Below are positions 55,337 to 64,000 of a stretch of DNA of 64,000 nucleotides, one piece after another. The translations under genes and the position numbers were made by a program. Within the stretch, counting starts at the first letter, position 1. Each line of letters opens with the position of its first letter. The DNA is from the human T2T-CHM13v2.0 reference genome, Homo sapiens. The notes under the pieces are model-generated. The model saw only the letters and a program-made list of their open reading frames with translations, did not search any database and was not told the origin of the DNA. The DNA is taken from the NCBI RefSeq assembly GCF_009914755.1, contig NC_060943.1. The stretch is one strand, 5' to 3'.

Positions 55337-55695
55337 GGGCTCTAAAATGAGATCCTCCTGGGCCCCATGGGGAACGGGGGTTCCCACTGAGCTGCCCCCC
55401 ACAAGACGTCCTGATTTGCAGAGCCCCACCGGAGACGGGGTTCCTGATCGAACGGACCCTATGGGGCAGAAAAGTCTTGACGGGGCTCCACAGAGGACCG
55501 AGGTCCTAACCTATCTCCACGGGGAACAGGGGTTCTGATTCATGGGGTCCCACCATGGCGTAGGGGTCCTCACTGGGCTCCACCGAAGATCGGGGTCCTA
55601 ATTGAGCCCACGGGGACAAAGTCCTGGCCGATCCGGCCCCCTGGGAACGGGCGTCCCGCGTGGGTGGGCTCCGTGAGGGACGGGCCCCCAGAACA
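55337..55695. repeat. Highly degenerate ~30-bp tandem array (consensus approx. GGGCYCCACGGGGAACRGGGGTCCTGAYT)
   Basis: Unit starts at ~55360, 55389, 55421, 55454, 55483, 55512, 55545, 55575, 55604, 55635, 55666. Confidence 0.55.
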
Positions 55696-56009
55696 GGCAG
55701 CTCCCCAGCCTCCCTCGCCTTGCACGGGTGCCCCGCACCCCGCCTCGCTGGGCGGAACGGGGTAGCGATGGCAGGAGGGTCAACGCCTGGGACGCCCGAC
55801 CGTCCAGCTGCGTCCGTGGTGCTGGGCGTCCCCACCACCTGTCCCGGGGTGGGCCGTCGCCCCTCCTCTCCCGCGGGGGCCGGGCCTGGGGTGGCGCCTG
55901 GCGGGCGGGGGCGGGCCCAGCTGCGGGGGCGCAGTCGCCGGGCCGCGGGCGGCGGGACGGACGAGGCCGGGGCCCCGGGTGGCACCCGGCAGGCGGGCAG
56001 GCGGGCGCC

Positions 56010-56133
56010 ATGGAGCTGCTCTCGGCGCTGAGCCTGGGCGAACTGGCGCTCAGCTTCTCGCGGGTGCCGCTCTTCCCCGTCTTCGACCTCAGTTACTTCA
56101 TCGTCTCCATCCTCTACCTCAAGTATGAGCCAG
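56010..56133 (+). CDS. TMEM38A: Trimeric intracellular cation channel A (TRIC-A), coding exon 1 (124 nt; [42 protein letters not shown])
   Basis: Strong Kozak gcgccATGG; matches the TMEM38A N-terminus as I recall it; donor CAG|gtgagc. Confidence 0.95.

Positions 56134-64000
<7,867 letters not shown>

Noticed and set aside
55728-56009. In-frame N-terminal extension of TMEM38A
   Set aside because: No ATG in frame, and no in-frame CTG/GTG/ACG in the proximal leader. The open frame is explained by GC content, and the ATG at 56010 has a strong Kozak context.

Overview
Human (primate) genomic DNA. From recognised protein sequences this is the MED26-SMIM7-TMEM38A locus, which I recall as 19p13.11. 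It contains three genes. (1) MED26 on the minus strand: coding exon 1 (22663-22734), its CpG-island promoter and about 22.6 kb of intron 1 running off the left edge. (2) SMIM7 on the minus strand, complete: five coding exons totalling 228 nt (75 aa), all with GT-AG junctions, plus a 3' UTR with two AATAAA signals. (3) TMEM38A on the plus strand: coding exon 1 (56010-56133), sharing a bidirectional CpG island with SMIM7, with intron 1 running off the right edge. The rest is dense with Alu, L1M, L2, MIR, MaLR LTR and hAT DNA-transposon relics, and nearly all long ORFs in the supplied track are Alu or GC-rich shadows. I found no unambiguous new biological system. The best candidates for a second look are: an L2-derived 52/54-bp VNTR in SMIM7 intron 4 that is stop-free in all three sense frames and preceded by a splice acceptor (possible polymorphic alternative C-terminus); a MED26 uORF; convergent poly(A) signals between SMIM7 and the MED26 promoter; a 14-kb Alu-free zone; a cryptic ~30-bp periodic array in the bidirectional promoter; and several template-switch or templated-insertion scars. 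Repeat boundaries are approximate and subfamily calls were made by eye.
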